A model generated the notes under the pieces. That model had not been told where the DNA came from and did no database searches. It saw only the letters and a list, made by a program, of their open reading frames with translations. From Flavobacteriaceae bacterium (GTDB lineage Bacteria > Bacteroidota > Bacteroidia > Flavobacteriales > Weeksellaceae), in assembly GCA_013333875.2 (NCBI GenBank), contig JABCOA020000021.1, positions 1 through 63,455 on the forward strand: a stretch of DNA of 63,455 nucleotides, in the 5' to 3' direction. Shown one piece after another: positions 1 through 11,554 of this stretch (its first letter is position 1; each line of letters starts with the position of its first letter). Made by a program: the position numbers and the translations under genes.

Positions 1-769
1 TCAGGTTATTCGAAATAAATCGGAAGTGAATTTTCCTTTGCCTTTTGTTCAAAAACTAAATACTGGCGGCTATGATGGAAAGGGCGTTCAGGTGATTCGC
101 AGCGAAAAGGAGCTGGAAAATCTTTGGGATTCGCCCTCTGTTTTGGAAGCATTGGTGGATATAGAAAAGGAACTTTCTGTAATTGTCGCTAAAAATGACA
201 AGGGAGAAATCAAAGTTTTTCCTGTCACGGAGATGGTTGCCAATCAGCGATTAAACCTATTGGATTTTAATATTTGTCCGAGCCAAATTTCTGATGAAAT
301 CCAAACTCAAATTGATGAAATTGTTAAAAAATTCATCCAAGCAATGGCTTCTTCTGGGCTTTTTGCGATAGAATTATTTTTGGATAAAAATGGAAAAGTA
401 TGGGTCAATGAAACGGCTCCAAGGCTGCATAATAGTGGACATCTCACGCAGGAAGGAAATAGTAATTCTCAGTTCGAGCAGATATACCGAGTGGTAAAAA
501 ATCTTCCACTAGCAGACACAGATGCCGATAAATACAGTGGAATGTTTAATCTCGTAGGAGAGGAGGGTTACCAAGGAAAAGTCTATTATGAAGGCTTGGA
601 AGAGGTTTTAAAACTGCCTAAAACCTATGTTCATCTATACGGAAAAACCGAAACCAAACCAGGGCGTAAAATGGGACACATTAACATTTTGGCGGATAGT
701 AGGGAAGAGCTGTTAGAAAAACTAACTGCGATAAAATCAATGATTAGAGTGATATCAAAAAAGCATTAG
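1..769 (+). CDS. purK: N5-carboxyaminoimidazole ribonucleotide synthase, C-terminal part (5' end outside window)
   Basis: ATP-grasp C-terminal half (GGYDGKGV, NETAPRLHNSGH); frame open to window edge; purE nearby. Confidence 0.85.
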   Translation, partial: QVIRNKSEVNFPLPFVQKLNTGGYDGKGVQVIRSEKELENLWDSPSVLEALVDIEKELSVIVAKNDKGEIKVFPVTEMVANQRLNLLDFNICPSQISDEIQTQIDEIVKKFIQAMASSGLFAIELFLDKNGKVWVNETAPRLHNSGHLTQEGNSNSQFEQIYRVVKNLPLADTDADKYSGMFNLVGEEGYQGKVYYEGLEEVLKLPKTYVHLYGKTETKPGRKMGHINILADSREELLEKLTAIKSMIRVISKKH

Positions 770-775
770 AATTTT

Positions 776-1678
776 CTAATGCTTTTTTGTTTTAAACATA
801 TCTGGATGATAATTCGTTATAAATATTCCTAAAATAATCAAAAACGCTGCGATGATAAAATTAGAATCTACAGGCTCATTAGCCACCAGCCAACCTAAAA
901 ATATCGCAATAATGGTATTTACATAAGAAATCATAGAAACTTTCACAGCGGAAATTTGGCTCAATGCATAGATATACGCCAAATAAGCGATAATAGAAGC
1001 AAAAATCGTAAGCGAGAACATAGCTATAACGCTTTTCATACTCCATGTTTCTGGCGCAAATTCCTCTCCTAAAACCAAAGCACTCATAATCTGCACCACT
1101 CCCGCAAAGACAAATTGATAAAAAAGACTTAATAAAATATTGGTGCTTTTATAGTTTGTTTTTTTGATGTAAAGAGCTCCCGTGGCATTTCCAGAAATAG
1201 CAAGAAATAGGTAAATCATCCCTTTTCGGTAATCAGGATTAGCCAAATCTGCTAGCCCATCCCAGAAAATCAAAATAATCCCAGAAAAGCCTAGTAAAAT
1301 CCCTAGAACAGACTTTAATGTAAATTGCTGCATTCTAAACAAAACGCTGCCGATAAATATCAAAATAGGCGAACAAGAACTAATCAGAGATGCCAGACTG
1401 CTAGAAACATGCTCTTCAGCAATCGTGGTAAGTCCATTGGTTATGATAAGAATACAAGTGGAAAGTATCAGCTGAACTTTTAGATTTTCCCAGCCTATCC
1501 ATTTTAGCTTTCTTGTGAAGGATAAATAAACACCCAAAATAATAGCCGAAAGCACATGTCGAATACCCGCCACATACAGCGGAGGAATAGTCTCCACAGC
1601 CAGTCTAATACCCAAAAACGAAGTTCCCCAGATGATAGCAATAGCCAAAATAGCAAATGTAAGTTTCATGTTTTTCAT
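776..1678 (-). CDS. EamA/DMT-superfamily transporter
   Basis: 300 aa, about 10 hydrophobic helices, two-repeat EamA-like layout. Confidence 0.75.
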   Translation of the reverse strand: MKNMKLTFAILAIAIIWGTSFLGIRLAVETIPPLYVAGIRHVLSAIILGVYLSFTRKLKWIGWENLKVQLILSTCILIITNGLTTIAEEHVSSSLASLISSCSPILIFIGSVLFRMQQFTLKSVLGILLGFSGIILIFWDGLADLANPDYRKGMIYLFLAISGNATGALYIKKTNYKSTNILLSLFYQFVFAGVVQIMSALVLGEEFAPETWSMKSVIAMFSLTIFASIIAYLAYIYALSQISAVKVSMISYVNTIIAIFLGWLVANEPVDSNFIIAAFLIILGIFITNYHPDMFKTKKH

Positions 1679-1784
1679 CCTGGGAAAATTAGTTTTTTGT
1701 TTTAAAGGTTAATTTTTTATCTTTGGAATGTTTAAATTTTTCGTTTGTAAAGTTAATTAAATTTATTTTAAAATCAATCAAAAT

Positions 1785-2288
1785 ATGGTAGGAATTATTA
1801 TGGGAAGCAAAAGTGATTTCCCAATTATGCATCAAGCAGTGGATTTTTTACAATCATTGGGAGTTCCCTATGAGGTTACCATAGTTTCTGCGCACAGAAC
1901 TCCAGAACGAATGCTGGACTATGCGAAAACGGCTAAAAAAAGAGGAATCAGTGTAATCATAGCGGGAGCAGGAGGAGCAGCACATTTACCAGGGATGGTG
2001 GCGAGCTGTACCATCTTGCCAGTGATAGGCGTGCCTATTTTGTCAAGTAATTCTATAGATGGCTGGGATAGTGTTTTGTCCATTTTACAGATGCCTTCTG
2101 GAATTCCCGTTGCTACGGTGGCGCTAAACGGAGCCATGAATGCAGGAATTTTGGCAGCTAAAATTTTAGCGGTATCAAATCCTGAAATTGCTGATAAACT
2201 AGAAAACTATCAAGAATCCCTCTCTAAAAAAGTATTGGCATCAGCAGATGAACTAAAAACAGATTTCCCAAATTCTTATGATGAGTAA
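1785..2288 (+). CDS. purE: 5-(carboxyamino)imidazole ribonucleotide mutase
   Basis: MGSKSD...VSAHRTP...AGGAAHLPGMVA signature blocks. Confidence 0.93.
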   Translation: MVGIIMGSKSDFPIMHQAVDFLQSLGVPYEVTIVSAHRTPERMLDYAKTAKKRGISVIIAGAGGAAHLPGMVASCTILPVIGVPILSSNSIDGWDSVLSILQMPSGIPVATVALNGAMNAGILAAKILAVSNPEIADKLENYQESLSKKVLASADELKTDFPNSYDE

Positions 2289-2383
2289 CGGAATTTTATA
2301 GATTTAAGCATTTTAGAAGAAAATATTTCAAAAGTATAAAAATATTTCCTTGGAATGGTATTAATAATTAGAAAAAATATAAA

Positions 2384-2821
2384 ATGAAAACAAATCAAGA
2401 AATTTTAGATGAATTTGGGAAATTACTAATAAATGATATATTAGATAGATACTATAAAAACATTGATTATATTGTTGAAAATGGGTATAAGAATCCCACT
2501 ATGCTTCATTATAATGAATTATTTTTAAAATTAAACGAAAAAGAAAAAAGAAATTTGATACAATTTATTTTGGAAAATATAAATTCTGTCATGTTTGACT
2601 TTCTTGATCTATTTGAGCAAAATGAAAAATTTAAACTTGTTTATGAAGAAGACCAAAAGCAGATTAATTTAGTAGAAATTAGCGAAATGCTAAAGGCTGA
2701 GCCATTGGGGGAAAATGGTTGGATAGAGCGGTTTAGCAAATATGCTAAAAAAAGGAATGATATTTTTCAGAATGGAATTTTAAAAAAAATTAGGAAAGCT
2801 TTTATAAAAAGGCTTTCCTAA
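2384..2821 (+). CDS. hypothetical protein
   Basis: 145-aa ORF, no recognisable motif. Confidence 0.45.
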   Translation: MKTNQEILDEFGKLLINDILDRYYKNIDYIVENGYKNPTMLHYNELFLKLNEKEKRNLIQFILENINSVMFDFLDLFEQNEKFKLVYEEDQKQINLVEISEMLKAEPLGENGWIERFSKYAKKRNDIFQNGILKKIRKAFIKRLS

Positions 2822-2825
2822 TATG

Positions 2826-2907
2826 TACCCAGAGCCGGAATCGAACCGGCACGCCTTGCGGCGCTGGATTTTGAGTCCAGTGCGTCTACCAGTTCCGCCA
2901 TCTGGGC
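2826..2907 (-). tRNA. tRNA-Leu(CAA), long variable arm
   Basis: Reverse complement GCCCAGATGGCGGAACTGGTAGACGC...CTCAAAA...GGTTCGATTCCGGCTCTGGGTA folds as class II cloverleaf; anticodon loop CU-CAA-AA. Confidence 0.9.
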
Positions 2908-2974
2908 CTACTCAAATCTTACGGGTGCAAATATAGACATTATTTTCATAACAGCAAAAAAAATCAGCATAATT

Positions 2975-3739
2975 TTAGAAAATAATTTCTAAACTATCAT
3001 ATGCCAAGTGAACATCATCAGGGAGTTCGGCTTCTGTCTGCTCATAAAAACCTATTTTATGGCTGATATGTGTCAGATAGGTTTTCTTTGGTTTTAGTTT
3101 TTTTACTAATTCCAAAACATTAGGCAAAATAAAGTGCGCAGGGTGTTTTTCCTCTTTTCTAAGACAGTTGATAATCAAGAAATCTAGATTTAGCAGTTTC
3201 TCCATTTCTGAATTAGGGATAGAGCTTGCATCCGTTATATAGGCCAAATTTTTTACTTTAAAACCTATTATAGGCAGCTGATTGTGAAAAACATGTATCG
3301 GCATGATTTCGGTATCATCTATTGTAAAATCACTGTCTATCAGATGGATATCAAAACTTGGAGCTCCAGGGTATCTTACCTCGCTAAAAGCATAGGGAAA
3401 TCGCTGCTTTATTTCTTCCGCAGTCCTTTCTAGACAATAGATTGGAATATTTTTCTGTCTTTTGAAAATAATGGGACGCAAGTCATCCAGCCCGATTACA
3501 TGGTCATTATGCTCATGTGTGAGAAGCACTGCATCTATGTTGTTTTCTCCATTGGTAAGCATCTGCTGCCTAAAATCAGGCCCGCAGTCTATTAGTATTT
3601 TTTCATTGGTTTCGGTGGTTATCAGAGCAGAGCTTCGCAGCCTTTTGTCTTTTGGGTCGGAAGACAAGCAGACAGGGTCGTCAGAACCGATGATCGGAAC
3701 ACCTTGGGAAGTACCTGTTCCTAAAAATTTTAGCTTCAT
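2975..3739 (-). CDS. MBL-fold metallo-hydrolase
   Basis: HxHxDH motif (THEHNDH), 254 aa. Confidence 0.8.
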   Translation of the reverse strand: MKLKFLGTGTSQGVPIIGSDDPVCLSSDPKDKRLRSSALITTETNEKILIDCGPDFRQQMLTNGENNIDAVLLTHEHNDHVIGLDDLRPIIFKRQKNIPIYCLERTAEEIKQRFPYAFSEVRYPGAPSFDIHLIDSDFTIDDTEIMPIHVFHNQLPIIGFKVKNLAYITDASSIPNSEMEKLLNLDFLIINCLRKEEKHPAHFILPNVLELVKKLKPKKTYLTHISHKIGFYEQTEAELPDDVHLAYDSLEIIF

Positions 3740-3820
3740 TCGTTTTAATATTTTATAAAAAATCCAGATTAATAATAACCTGGATTTCTTTTATTGATAA
3801 CAAAAAACGCGATTCAACAT

Positions 3821-4165
3821 TTATTTAACTTGATCTACAACAGCTTTGAATGCTTCTGGATGATTCATCGCTAAATCAGCCAATACTTTTCTATTTAGCT
3901 CGATGTTGTTTCTCTTAAGAGCTCCCATAAACTGAGAGTAAGACATTCCGTATTGTCTAGTTCCCGCATTGATACGCGTAATCCAAAGACTTCTGAAATT
4001 TCTCTTTTTCTCTTTTCTGCCTCTGTAGGCATATTGCATTGCTTTTTCTACTGCGTTTTTCGCAACAGTCCAAACATTTTTTCTTCTTCCGAAGAAACCT
4101 TTAGCTTGTTTTAAGATTTTTTTTCTGCGCGCTCTAGACGCTACAGCGTTTACTGATCTTGGCAT
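3821..4165 (-). CDS. rplT: 50S ribosomal protein L20
   Basis: [19 protein letters not shown]..., conserved operon thrS-infC-rpmI-rplT. Confidence 0.96.
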   Translation of the reverse strand: MPRSVNAVASRARRKKILKQAKGFFGRRKNVWTVAKNAVEKAMQYAYRGRKEKKRNFRSLWITRINAGTRQYGMSYSQFMGALKRNNIELNRKVLADLAMNHPEAFKAVVDQVK

Positions 4166-4284
4166 AATTTAATTAATTTGTTTTTTTGAAAAGGGCGGAA
4201 TTACATAGAATTCTCTTAGTGGCACCGTTTCAGGGTTAAACTTTTTTGAATAAAATTCTTATAAACCGAAATGATTTATAAAAA

Positions 4285-4482
4285 CTACTTAATTGCTAAT
4301 TGCTTTAAAACGCTTTTCTCGTCCACACTAGCAACATAAGAAGTCTGAGTTAGATTTCTCTTTCTCTTAGTTTCTTTTTTAGTCAAGATGTGGCTTTTGA
4401 AAGCATTTTTTCTTTTGATTTTACCTGTTCCAGTAAGAGCAAAACGCTTCTTAGCACCTGATTTCGTTTTTAATTTTGGCAT
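4285..4482 (-). CDS. rpmI: 50S ribosomal protein L35
   Basis: [14 protein letters not shown]... 65 aa. Confidence 0.95.
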   Translation of the reverse strand: MPKLKTKSGAKKRFALTGTGKIKRKNAFKSHILTKKETKRKRNLTQTSYVASVDEKSVLKQLAIK

Positions 4483-4539
4483 TTTCTTACTTCTTTTATG
4501 TTATTTGTTATCAATATCTTATTTTGCTGAAAGATAAAA

Positions 4540-5067
4540 CTATTTAGCCTTTTTTGGGCTCATCAGCATTATCATTCTTTTTCCTTCTAGTTTAGGCATT
4601 TGGTCTACCTTTCCTACATGCTCCAGCTCTTGGGCAAGTTTTAGAAGTAATATTTCTCCTTGATCCTTAAAAACTATCGATCTCCCTTTGAAGAATACAT
4701 AAGTTTTTAGTTTAGAACCTTCTTCCAAGAATTTTTCAGCGTGTTTTTTCTTGAATTGGAAATCGTGTTCATCTGTCTGAGGACCAAAACGAATTTCCTT
4801 TATCACCACTTTTACCTGCTTGGCTTTCAGCTCCTTTTGTTTTTTCTTTTGTTCGTAAAGGAACTTTTTGTAATCCAAGATACGGCAGATAAAAGGCTCT
4901 GCTTTATCCGAAATTACTACCAAATCCAATTCCTGTTCTTCAGCCATTTTCAAAGCTTCAGAAGTAGGGTAGACACCAGGTTCTACATTATCACCGACCA
5001 AACGAACCTCCTTGGCTCTGATTTTGTCGTTAATCTGATGCGCATCTTCCTGTGCAGGCTTTCGCAT
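4540..5067 (-). CDS. infC: translation initiation factor IF-3 (true start probably a non-AUG codon upstream, see findings)
   Basis: [16 protein letters not shown]...[15 protein letters not shown] blocks; operon context. Confidence 0.9.
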   Translation of the reverse strand: MRKPAQEDAHQINDKIRAKEVRLVGDNVEPGVYPTSEALKMAEEQELDLVVISDKAEPFICRILDYKKFLYEQKKKQKELKAKQVKVVIKEIRFGPQTDEHDFQFKKKHAEKFLEEGSKLKTYVFFKGRSIVFKDQGEILLLKLAQELEHVGKVDQMPKLEGKRMIMLMSPKKAK

Positions 5068-5126
5068 CGGACCTCTGTTGTTAATTTTCTTTAGTGCTAT
5101 CGCTTTAAATTTTAATGGTTAATATC

Positions 5127-7061
5127 TTATTTAATATCTGATGACAGAGCAGCCTCTTTCTTAAAGTAAGCTATGAAATCTTCTATGTTCATCGTTCCTA
5201 AATCTCCTTCGCCTCTCTTTCTCACAGAAACAGTTCCCTCAGCCTCTTCATTTTCTCCTACAACCAGCATAAATGGCAGTTTGTTTAATTCTGCATCACG
5301 GATTTTTTTACCCGTTTTTTCATTTCTTTTGTCAATCAGACCGCAAATATCGTTAATTTCCAGCAATTGTGAAACTTTTTCTGCATAATTTACATATTTT
5401 TCACTAATTGGAAGGATTGTAAACTGCTCTGGAGCCAACCAAAGTGGGAAATCTCCTGCTGTATTTTCTAATAAAATAGCGATAAAACGCTCCATAGAAC
5501 CAAATGGTGCTCTGTGAATCATCACAGGTCTGTGTTTCTCATTATCACTACCTGTATACCAAAGGTCAAATCTCTCTGGTAGGTTGTAATCCACTTGGAT
5601 TGTTCCAAGCTGCCAGCTTCTTCCCAAGGCATCTTTCACCATGAAATCTAGTTTTGGCCCGTAGAATGCAGCTTCTCCGTATTCTACCACGGTATTTAAT
5701 CCTTTATTTTTAGCAGCGGTAATGATAGCATTTTCTGCTTTTTCCCAGTTTTCATCAGAACCGATGTATTTTTGCTTGTTTTCAGGGTCTCTTAATGAAA
5801 TTTGAGCTGTAAAATCAGCAAATCCAAGGCTGCTGAATACATACAACACCAAGTCTATAACTCCTTCAAACTCAGATAATAACTGGTCTGGAGTACAGAA
5901 TAGGTGGGCGTCATCCTGAGTAAAGCCTCGTACTCTGGTAAGTCCGTGTAACTCACCACTTTGCTCATATCTATATACTGTTCCGAATTCTGCAAATCTC
6001 TTTGGTAAATCTTTATAAGACCACTGGCTAGTTTTGTATATTTCGCAGTGGTGAGGGCAGTTCATTGGCTTTAATAAAAATTCTTCTCCTTCGTGTGGAG
6101 TTTTTATTGGCTGGAATGAATCTGCTCCGTATTTTTCATAATGTCCAGAAGTTACATACAAGTCTTTGTGACCGATGTGCGGCGAAATTACGAATTCATA
6201 TCCTGCTTTTTTCTGCGCTTCGGAAAGGAAATTTTCTAATTTTTTTCTTAGCGCAGCACCTTTTGGAAGCCAAAGAGGAAGCCCAGCACCTACTTTTTCA
6301 GAAAAGGCAAAAATTCCTAATTCTTTACCTAGTTTTCTGTGGTCACGGCGTTTTGCTTCTTCCAATCTTTCCAAGTATTCGGTAAGTTCTTTTTGTTTTG
6401 GGAAAGAAATACCATAAACTCTGGTAAGCTGCTTATTTTTTTCGTCTCCTCGCCAGTATGCTCCTGCTGCATTTAGGATTTTCACAGCTTTTATAAGTCC
6501 TGTGCTAGGGATATGCCCTCCACGGCATAGGTCTGTGAAATTATCATGAGTCACGAAAGTGATTTCTCCATCAGTAAGGTTTTCTATCAATTCCTTTTTG
6601 AAAGGATTATCAGCATATTCTTTCAGTGCATCTGCTTTGGATACTGGATAAATTCTAAAAGCTGAATCTTTCTTAGCATTTTCCAGCATTTTTTTCTCAA
6701 TTTTTTCAAAATCTTTCTCGGAAAGAATTTCTCCATCAAAATCCACATCATAGTAAAATCCGTTTTCTATGGCAGGCCCTATGGTAAGTTTCGCATTAGG
6801 ATAAAAATCCAAAATAGTCTGCGCTAAAACATGGGCAGAAGAATGCCAGAAGGCTTTTTTACCCATATCATCATTCCATGTTAATAACTGAACCGTGGCA
6901 TCCTCCGTGATAGGGGTAGAGACTTCTACTTGTTTTTCATCTACTAGTGCAGAGATGGTATTTCTCGCAAGACCTTCGCTAATTGATTTGGCAATTTCCA
7001 AAGGAGTTATTCCTCTGTTAAAATCACGCTGATTGCCATCTGGAAAAGTTATTTTTATCAT
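5127..7061 (-). CDS. thrS: threonine--tRNA ligase
   Basis: 644 aa, TGS + editing + class II core + anticodon-binding blocks ([21 protein letters not shown]). Confidence 0.97.
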   Translation of the reverse strand: MIKITFPDGNQRDFNRGITPLEIAKSISEGLARNTISALVDEKQVEVSTPITEDATVQLLTWNDDMGKKAFWHSSAHVLAQTILDFYPNAKLTIGPAIENGFYYDVDFDGEILSEKDFEKIEKKMLENAKKDSAFRIYPVSKADALKEYADNPFKKELIENLTDGEITFVTHDNFTDLCRGGHIPSTGLIKAVKILNAAGAYWRGDEKNKQLTRVYGISFPKQKELTEYLERLEEAKRRDHRKLGKELGIFAFSEKVGAGLPLWLPKGAALRKKLENFLSEAQKKAGYEFVISPHIGHKDLYVTSGHYEKYGADSFQPIKTPHEGEEFLLKPMNCPHHCEIYKTSQWSYKDLPKRFAEFGTVYRYEQSGELHGLTRVRGFTQDDAHLFCTPDQLLSEFEGVIDLVLYVFSSLGFADFTAQISLRDPENKQKYIGSDENWEKAENAIITAAKNKGLNTVVEYGEAAFYGPKLDFMVKDALGRSWQLGTIQVDYNLPERFDLWYTGSDNEKHRPVMIHRAPFGSMERFIAILLENTAGDFPLWLAPEQFTILPISEKYVNYAEKVSQLLEINDICGLIDKRNEKTGKKIRDAELNKLPFMLVVGENEEAEGTVSVRKRGEGDLGTMNIEDFIAYFKKEAALSSDIK

Positions 7062-7159
7062 AGTATTAAAAAATTGAATGGCAAATCTACAAAATAGAAG
7101 TGAAATTATAAATATTTTTAGACCGAAAAAACTTAATTTTGTTTAGAATTTAAATAAAA

Positions 7160-7651
7160 ATGCAGTTTAGAATTCAATCTTTCCCTCCAATAATATCTAG
7201 AAAGTCTAAAATCTTGATTTTGGATTCTATCCCTGGGGTTAAATCTTTGGAGAAACAAGAATACTACGCTCATCCTCAGAATCATTTTTGGAAATTGTTG
7301 TTTTGTATGCTGGGAGAGGAGTTTTCTGTTGATTATCAGGATAGATTAGAACTTTTAGAGAAATATCATATCGCACTTTGGGACACCATCGAGAGCTGCG
7401 AAAGGGAAGGGAGCCAAGATGTGAAAATAAAGAATGAAACTGCCAACCAAATCCCTGATTTACTGGAAAAATACTCTAATATAAAGGCTGTTTTCTGCAA
7501 TGGTCAAAAATCTTATAAAAATCTCGTCAAATTATTAGGTTCGGATTTTCATTTGCCCATTATACTTTTGCCTTCGACGAGTCCTCTGCATACCATTTCT
7601 TTTGATAAAAAATTAGAAGACTGGAAAAAGATTTTGGAATATCTTTCTTGA
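7160..7651 (+). CDS. UDG-superfamily DNA glycosylase (DNA-deoxyinosine/hypoxanthine glycosylase-like)
   Basis: 163 aa, ILDSIPG...HPQNHFW...LPSTSP layout typical of this small glycosylase family. Confidence 0.6.
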   Translation: MQFRIQSFPPIISRKSKILILDSIPGVKSLEKQEYYAHPQNHFWKLLFCMLGEEFSVDYQDRLELLEKYHIALWDTIESCEREGSQDVKIKNETANQIPDLLEKYSNIKAVFCNGQKSYKNLVKLLGSDFHLPIILLPSTSPLHTISFDKKLEDWKKILEYLS

Positions 7652-7778
7652 TTTAGCTTGAATTTAAGGGCTGTTTGGGGCGTTGATAAAAATAAAACTT
7701 GACAAAGGCATTTTAAGGTTGTATATTTGCCGACTTATTTTAATTTTAAAAAATATAAAATCCGTAAATTTTATTCAA

Positions 7779-8828
7779 ATGAAAACATCTAATTTTAATT
7801 TCCATTTGCCAGAGCACCTTTTGGCTGAACATCCATCAGAACACAGAGACGAAGCAAAACTAATGGTTCTCAATAGAAAAACCGAAACCATAGAGCATAA
7901 ACTGTTTAAGGATGTGATTGATTATTTCGATGATGGAGATTTATTTATCTTTAATAATACTAAGGTTTTTCCTGCAAGACTATACGGAAACAAAGAAAAA
8001 ACAGGAGCGAGAATAGAAGTTTTCCTACTTAGAGAACTTGACCGCGAGACCCGTGTTTGGGATGTTTTGGTAGATCCTGCAAGAAAAATAAGAATAGGGA
8101 ATAAACTTTTCTTTACCGAAGATGAATCTTTGGTGGCAGAAGTGATTGATAATACAACTTCTCGTGGAAGAACGCTAAGGTTCTTATTTGATGGTAGTTA
8201 CGAAGAATTCCGTCAAAAACTAAAAGAACTAGGAGAAACTCCACTTCCTAAATACATCAAAAGAGCAGTAGAGCCAGAAGATGCAGAAAGATACCAGACT
8301 ATCTACGCCAAAGTAGAAGGTGCGGTGGCAGCTCCTACGGCTGGACTTCACTTTTCTAAACATCTTATGAAGAGGCTGGAAATCAAAGGGATTAACTTTG
8401 CAGAAGTTACGCTTCATGTAGGCTTAGGAACATTTAACCCGATAGAGGTGGAGGATATTTCTAAACACAAAATGGAGTGCGAAGAGGCCATTATAGATGA
8501 AAAAAATGCTGAAATCATCAATAAAGCAGTGGAAGAAAACAGAAGAATTTGCTGTGTGGGAACTACTACCATGAGAGCACTGGAAACCTCTGTTTCTTCT
8601 AACAGAAGAGTATCTGCATACCACGGCTGGACTAATAAATTTATCTATCCGCCGTATGAATTTGGCGTGGCTAATGCTATGATTACCAATTTCCACACAC
8701 CGAAATCTACTTTGCTGATGATGATTGCCGCTTTTGCAGGAAAGGATTTCGTGATGCACGCTTACGAAGAAGCCATTAAGAATGAATACAAGTTTTATTC
8801 TTATGGTGATGCGATGCTTATCATTTAA
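7779..8828 (+). CDS. queA: S-adenosylmethionine:tRNA ribosyltransferase-isomerase
   Basis: Internal ATG at 7779 gives [19 protein letters not shown]..., the canonical QueA N-terminus; TAtaTTTG box at 7722-7729. Confidence 0.93.
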   Translation: MKTSNFNFHLPEHLLAEHPSEHRDEAKLMVLNRKTETIEHKLFKDVIDYFDDGDLFIFNNTKVFPARLYGNKEKTGARIEVFLLRELDRETRVWDVLVDPARKIRIGNKLFFTEDESLVAEVIDNTTSRGRTLRFLFDGSYEEFRQKLKELGETPLPKYIKRAVEPEDAERYQTIYAKVEGAVAAPTAGLHFSKHLMKRLEIKGINFAEVTLHVGLGTFNPIEVEDISKHKMECEEAIIDEKNAEIINKAVEENRRICCVGTTTMRALETSVSSNRRVSAYHGWTNKFIYPPYEFGVANAMITNFHTPKSTLLMMIAAFAGKDFVMHAYEEAIKNEYKFYSYGDAMLII

Positions 8829-8864
8829 TTTTAAAGAAAAAATTAACCCTAAAAAAACTAAACA

Positions 8865-9497
8865 ATGCTTTTAGATGATTTAAAATGGCGCTATGCCACA
8901 AAAAACTATCAAGAGGGAAAGAAAGTCCCACAAGAGGACATAGACAAAATTATAGAAGCTATACGCCTTGCGCCTACTTCTTCTGGGCTGCAGCCTTTCA
9001 GAATCATCGTAATAGATGACCAAGAAACCAAAGAAAAGCTGGTAGAAGGTGCTTTAAACCCAAAAGGAATTATGGCATGTTCGCACATTATCGCTTTTGC
9101 TGCGTGGGACAATTATACACCTGAAAGAATCGATGAAATGTATAACCTTATCACCGATGAACGAGGGCTTCCTCGTGGGCGATATGAGAGATATACGGAT
9201 ATGATAAAGGAGCGTTTTGCACAGCGTGAGCCTATCCGAAATTTCGAACATGCAGCGCGGCAAGCATACATAGCCCTTGGAATGGCACTTGCACAAGCGG
9301 CAGAACTCAAAATAGACTCTACTCCTGTGGAGGGATTTGACCACGAAAATTTTGATAAAGTTCTCGGCTTAGAGAAACTTGGGCTGAAAAGCGTGGTGCT
9401 GATGTATGTAGGCTATGCTGACCGCGAAAACGACTGGCTGGCACCGATGAAAAAGGTGAGAGTTTCCAAGGAAGAATTAGTCATAAAACATAAATAA
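8865..9497 (+). CDS. nitroreductase-family NAD(P)H oxidoreductase
   Basis: RYATKNY...RLAPTSSGLQP N-terminal signature. Confidence 0.8.
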   Translation: MLLDDLKWRYATKNYQEGKKVPQEDIDKIIEAIRLAPTSSGLQPFRIIVIDDQETKEKLVEGALNPKGIMACSHIIAFAAWDNYTPERIDEMYNLITDERGLPRGRYERYTDMIKERFAQREPIRNFEHAARQAYIALGMALAQAAELKIDSTPVEGFDHENFDKVLGLEKLGLKSVVLMYVGYADRENDWLAPMKKVRVSKEELVIKHK

Positions 9498-9553
9498 TAA
9501 TTTCAAAAAAGCCTAATCAAAAGGCTTTTTTATCTTAAAAACAATCAAATAGA

Positions 9554-10591
9554 ATGAAAGATATCAGAACACTCAGTTTAGACCAGCTCAAAGAATATTT
9601 TGTTTCCTTGGGAGAAAAACCATTTCGTGCCAAGCAGGTCTATGACTGGCTTTGGTCTAAAAATCTTCATTCTATTGAGGAAATGACTAACCTCTCCAAA
9701 GAGCTTCGCCAAAGGATTTCTGAGGAATATACGATAAATCCCATCTCGGTAGACAAACTCCAAAGAAGTTCAGACGGAACCATAAAAAATGGTGTAAAAC
9801 TCCATGATGGACTTCTGGTAGAAAGCGTTCTAATCCCGACAGAAACACGAACAACGGCCTGTGTTTCCTCACAGGTAGGATGTTCTCTAAACTGTGAGTT
9901 TTGCGCTACTGCCAAACTCAAAAGAATGAGAAACTTAGAGGTGGCAGAGATAGTAGACCAAGTGGCTTTGATAGACAAGCAGAGCAGACTTTATTTTGAT
10001 AGACCTCTCTCTAATATCGTGTTCATGGGAATGGGCGAGCCTATGATGAACTACAAAAATGTAGTGGAAGCCATCAGAAAAATCACTCAGCCCGATGGTC
10101 TAGGAATGTCTCCAAGGAGAATTACTGTTTCTACCTCTGGAATTCCGAAGATGATAAAAATGCTGGCTGATGAAGATTTAAAGGTAAAACTAGCGCTTTC
10201 GCTGCATTCAGCGATTGAAGAAAAACGAAATGAAATTATGCCTTTTTCTTCTAATTTCCCGCTGACGGACATCATAGAAGCCCTGCAATACTGGTATTCT
10301 AAAACAGGCTCTATCATTACTCTGGAATACTGCATTTGGAAAGGCATAAACGATAAAGATGAAGATATAAAAGCCCTGATAAAATTCTGTAAAAAAGTGC
10401 CTACAAAGGTGAATTTGATAGAATATAATTCCATTGGCAACGGAAAATATGACCGCAGCAACCCTGAGGCTACAGAAAACTATGTCCGTCAATTAGAGAA
10501 GAACGGAATCACTACGATGATTCGCCGAAGCAGAGGAGGAGACATCGATGCGGCCTGCGGACAGCTTGCTAATAAAATAGCCGAAGCGTAG
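9554..10591 (+). CDS. rlmN: 23S rRNA/tRNA (adenine-C2)-methyltransferase, radical SAM
   Basis: CSLNCEFC radical-SAM cluster motif, FRAKQVYDWLW N-terminus. Confidence 0.93.
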   Translation: MKDIRTLSLDQLKEYFVSLGEKPFRAKQVYDWLWSKNLHSIEEMTNLSKELRQRISEEYTINPISVDKLQRSSDGTIKNGVKLHDGLLVESVLIPTETRTTACVSSQVGCSLNCEFCATAKLKRMRNLEVAEIVDQVALIDKQSRLYFDRPLSNIVFMGMGEPMMNYKNVVEAIRKITQPDGLGMSPRRITVSTSGIPKMIKMLADEDLKVKLALSLHSAIEEKRNEIMPFSSNFPLTDIIEALQYWYSKTGSIITLEYCIWKGINDKDEDIKALIKFCKKVPTKVNLIEYNSIGNGKYDRSNPEATENYVRQLEKNGITTMIRRSRGGDIDAACGQLANKIAEA

Positions 10592-10617
10592 AAAAAGCAC
10601 TACAAATAGGGAATAAA

Positions 10618-11523
10618 ATGGATAATTTTATTTTAATCATATTGTGCATTGTGGCGGGAATGGTTTTTAAGGCAACTAAATCCATTCACCCAGAAGCTCA
10701 CAAAGGAATCAATACTTGGATACTTTACATCGCGCTGCCCTCTATTTCCTTTAAATATATTCCTAAAATAGAGTGGTCGCTGGAAATACTCTATCCTGCG
10801 GCTAGTATGGTAGTTTTGGCATTGGGAGCGTATTTCCTTATGCAATATTATTCAAAACTGAAAAACTATTCCAACCGCTCTACAAGCACCTTGCAGCTGG
10901 CAAGTGGATACAGTAACACCTCGTTCATTGGTTTTCCGCTGATTTCTGCTTTTTATGGAGAAGAATATTTGAGCATCGCGATTATCTGCGACCAAGCCAT
11001 GTTTCTTACCCTTTCTACACTGGGCATCATCACTGCTCTAAAGGGAGGAAACAATAACACCATCAGCGCTAAATTTTTACTTAAAAGGCTTTTTACATTT
11101 CCGCCATTTATTGGGTGTATTACAGCATTAGTTTTATCATCTTTTATAGACCTTTCTCCTGCCGAATCGCTTTTTAACAAGCTGTCTGGAACGGTGGCGC
11201 CTTTGGCTTTGTTCTCGATAGGTTTGCAGTTGAAATTTAACGGCTGGAAAAAACTGATGAGCCAAATTTCCATGTCGATGGTTTATAAATTATTGATTGG
11301 TCCTGCTTTGATTTTGGTTTTGGGACTTGTTTTAGGGCTGAAAGAAAGTTTAGTAAAAATCACAGTTTTTGAATCCGCTATGCCTACTTTGGTAATGTCC
11401 AGTGTCATCGCTGAGCAATTTAAACTCAATACCAAACTCACCAATATGATTATCGGAATCAGCATTATTGTTGGTTTTTTCACTCTGGGATTTTGGTATA
11501 AAGTGCTGGAATGGTGCTTTTAA
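10618..11523 (+). CDS. AEC (auxin efflux carrier) family transporter
   Basis: 301 aa polytopic membrane protein with AEC-like layout. Confidence 0.75.
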   Translation: MDNFILIILCIVAGMVFKATKSIHPEAHKGINTWILYIALPSISFKYIPKIEWSLEILYPAASMVVLALGAYFLMQYYSKLKNYSNRSTSTLQLASGYSNTSFIGFPLISAFYGEEYLSIAIICDQAMFLTLSTLGIITALKGGNNNTISAKFLLKRLFTFPPFIGCITALVLSSFIDLSPAESLFNKLSGTVAPLALFSIGLQLKFNGWKKLMSQISMSMVYKLLIGPALILVLGLVLGLKESLVKITVFESAMPTLVMSSVIAEQFKLNTKLTNMIIGISIIVGFFTLGFWYKVLEWCF

Positions 11524-11554
11524 TGAAAAAATATACAACGAAATCTATATAACC

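Noticed and set aside
7683-7778. N-terminal extensions of queA, and similarly 11468-11554, 33886-33954 and 38928-38969
   Set aside because: The extensions run through promoter boxes or terminator hairpins. The internal starts give canonical N-termini or signal peptides.
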